Shown here: one piece after another, positions 61,710 through 64,000 of the stretch
How positions within the stretch are numbered: position 1 is the stretch's first letter
Layout: every line of letters starts with the position of its first letter
Origin: Octopus sinensis
Taxonomy: Eukaryota
DNA length: 64,000 nt
Assembly (NCBI RefSeq): GCF_006345805.1
Contig: NC_043001.1
Span: 68,634,001 to 68,698,000 of the forward strand
Direction of reading: 5' to 3'
Position numbers and translations under genes: made by a program
The notes under the pieces: generated by a model
Told to the model about the DNA's origin: nothing
Databases searched by the model: none
The model's input: the letters and a program-made list of their open reading frames with translations, nothing else

Positions 61710-64000
61710 CATATAATTTGCCATTTAGGCATTTACAAAGAGGGGACAAACAAGGACAGACAAATATAAAGGGTGAAGTAGCTTAACACAGTTACAATTT
61801 TCGAATGAAATTACGGATAAGATTATAAACAATGAATTTTACGAAGGCAATGTTTAAAAATATTAATGATCATATCGAAGGACGGACACCCAGCCATCCG
61901 GGTAGAACCTTTACTTTCTGATCCGGTCACACTTACCTGGTGCCAAACATACCCATCTTGTATGCCACAGGCTTCCATCTTTTCACAAACACATCTCGTG
62001 ACAGACACCTCTTCTCCAGCCTGATTTTGATACTGAGGTGGTAACTAAAAAAGTTAATCAACCCCTGGCCGGAGACAAAGGTGCCTGTCACTATACCTTT
62101 CGTACGCGTCTTCCATACTGTTTCTTTCAGTATGGCTACTACACAGAAAAAACAAGCCTTTCTTTCCCTGTTAAGGAAAGGGGGCGGCACAATCTCGATG
62201 ATAGACTCAGCTGATAGCTGTACTCTTCCCATCACCGACAACAGTTGTTCAACAAAAGCTATCAGTCCCGATAACTCCGGACACTCCACGAATGCGTGCA
62301 AGACGGTCTCCCTATCCTGCTCACATCGCGGGCATGTCGGCGAGACGGCACTACCGTGCCTTGACAGCTTGTCGCGAACAGGTAAAGCCGCACGGAAACA
62401 CTGCCAGGCCAGGGATTTCTGGTAATTATCCAGATACCCCGGCCCGAACGTCCTCCGGAACAGGTTGACCAACTGATTTTCATCGTAGCCCAGGGTCTCC
62501 CCCAAGGCGTCTTCGGACTTAATCTCCACTAACCCGCTATAGAAATCCGTGGTGGAACTCCTGTTGCCGGCGTTGCCCACCCGAGATAGTAGCTGGAGCG
62601 CCTGACGGCACTCCAAATGCCATTCACTCAGTTTAGGTCTCCGCTTGATCCATGCACCGATGTCCGTTAGGGATGTTAACTGGGGAAGGTAGAACCGGAC
62701 GTGCGGTGACCACACCTGCTCTCCATCCAGGTAAAGCCAGAGGTGCCTCAACCTTAACGCGAGTTTTCGCATCCTCAGCCAAGGCATCCCTAGCCCACCC
62801 TTTAGCGGTTTCTGGCAGCAGACAGAGCGCTTTACAAGTGGCTTTCCTCCTTTCCACAAAAATCGGAAAAGGATTCTCTCCAACTTGTTCAGCCACAAAT
62901 CGGGGCAAGGCACCACGGTCAGACGGTAGGTGATTACTGATGCTATAAACATCTGCACCACCTCCACCTTCCCTAGCAGGGATAACGCCCGCCCAGACCA
63001 GGTCTGGGTTTGAGCGGTCACCTTGCTGGCCACCTCACTCCAATTTTTCTCTATCTGGAGGTCTGGCCCGAACCAGACTCCGAGCAGCTTAACAGGACCT
63101 TCCGTCCAACGCCCTACGACGTTATTGGACGGTATCGGCTTGCCCCTCCAGGTGCCGAGTTGCAAACCGACCGACTTGTCCTTGTTCACCTTTGCTCCTG
63201 CCACCGCCTCGTAGCTTTTGATGGCCTCTTCCACCACTGGAAGCTGGCCTTCGTCTGCCACGATGATGGAGGTGTCATCCGCATACGCCGTAGCTCCTCT
63301 TCCACACCATAGATCATGCGGCGCGCCCCCTAGTGCCTCCAACTTCCGCAGCAAAGGCTCAAGAGCCAATACGTATAGGAGCGAGGACAGGGGACACCCT
63401 TGACGAACTGAATGCTCGATCCTGAACGGCTTCGAAAAGGAACCGTTCACCTTGACTACAGACTCGATGTCGCTATACAAAGCAGCGATCCAACCTCGAA
63501 AGGTCGGGCCTAGGCCAGCCTCTCCGAGGACCGCCGCCAGGTACCGATGGTCGACCCTATCAAATGCTTTGGACTGGTCTAAATGTACCAGTGCTCCCCC
63601 TGCGCCAGAAAGCTTCCCCACCCTCTCTAAGGAGTAGCGTATAAGGTGGAGATTGTCGTGGATCGTTCTGCCGGGGATAGCGCACGTTTGCGCTTCCCCG
63701 ACAAGTTTGTCCACGACCAGCGCCAACCTTTTTGCTAGCACCTTGGCCAGAATCTTTAACTCTGTGTTTAACAGAGTTATGGGCCTGAAGTTCCCTATCT
63801 CGTCCCCCTTGTTCGGGTCCTTCCTGATCAACGTCACCGCCCCCCGGCTCGCAGACTTGGGAATTCTATAAAATTGGCATACTTCTATAAAATTCATAGG
63901 GCAGACCATCGAGACCCGGCGACTTCTCCCCGGGGCACTTGCCCAACACCTCGATTACTTCCTCGGCTGTGATTGGCCCTTCACAGCACTCAGCCTCTCG
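61710..64000 (-). mobile_element. Tx1/L1-like LINE, young copy, ORF2 running off the window
   Basis: 'SPGLDGLP' near 63910-63930, then RT, zf-RVT and 3'UTR. Confidence 0.93.
61933..63909 (-). CDS. Tx1-like ORF2 RT plus zinc-binding C-terminus (658 aa open; first ~14 aa from a frameshift lesion)
   Basis: 'NFRPITLLNTELKILAK', 'LDQSKAFDRVDH', 'VRQGCPLSSLLY', 'AYADDT', 'CPRC..ETVLHAFVEC'. Confidence 0.85.
   Translation of the reverse strand: MVCPMNFIEVCQFYRIPKSASRGAVTLIRKDPNKGDEIGNFRPITLLNTELKILAKVLAKRLALVVDKLVGEAQTCAIPGRTIHDNLHLIRYSLERVGKLSGAGGALVHLDQSKAFDRVDHRYLAAVLGEAGLGPTFRGWIAALYSDIESVVKVNGSFSKPFRIEHSVRQGCPLSSLLYVLALEPLLRKLEALGGAPHDLWCGRGATAYADDTSIIVADEGQLPVVEEAIKSYEAVAGAKVNKDKSVGLQLGTWRGKPIPSNNVVGRWTEGPVKLLGVWFGPDLQIEKNWSEVASKVTAQTQTWSGRALSLLGKVEVVQMFIASVITYRLTVVPCPDLWLNKLERILFRFLWKGGKPLVKRSVCCQKPLKGGLGMPWLRMRKLALRLRHLWLYLDGEQVWSPHVRFYLPQLTSLTDIGAWIKRRPKLSEWHLECRQALQLLSRVGNAGNRSSTTDFYSGLVEIKSEDALGETLGYDENQLVNLFRRTFGPGYLDNYQKSLAWQCFRAALPVRDKLSRHGSAVSPTCPRCEQDRETVLHAFVECPELSGLIAFVEQLLSVMGRVQLSAESIIEIVPPPFLNRERKACFFCVVAILKETVWKTRTKGIVTGTFVSGQGLINFFSYHLSIKIRLEKRCLSRDVFVKRWKPVAYKMGMFGTR

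Overview
This is eukaryotic, AT-rich, repeat-saturated DNA. The mix of (TA)n/(TAA)n/(CA)n arrays, SINEs and CR1/RTE/Tx1/R4 LINEs resembles an octopod (coleoid cephalopod) genome; that assignment is inferred from repeat style and not verified. No host protein-coding gene, rRNA, tRNA gene or CRISPR array can be supported, and most short ORFs in the track are translated microsatellite. Identifiable elements are: two CR1-group LINEs plus a 3' stub; a near-full-length RTE LINE and two decayed RTEs; three Tx1/L1-like ORF2 pieces plus an ORF1 piece; four R4/Dong-like LINE pieces nested in (TAA)n; a TIR-bounded mariner; a Helitron nested in a LINE; a MITE; several SINE families; and a 3.2-copy tandem array of a ~690-bp unit. 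The most notable signals are RNA structures. At 17.76-17.80 kb there is a complete minimal type I hammerhead ribozyme carrying a compensatory U3-A8 core pair, at the tip of a ~140-nt rod-like fold in a small island between (TA)n arrays. A second hammerhead family occurs as three minus-strand copies plus an inverted arm, typical of Penelope-like termini. A covarying 3' stem-loop is shared by the CR1 LINEs and a SINE. All alignments and folds were done by eye, so boundaries are approximate.
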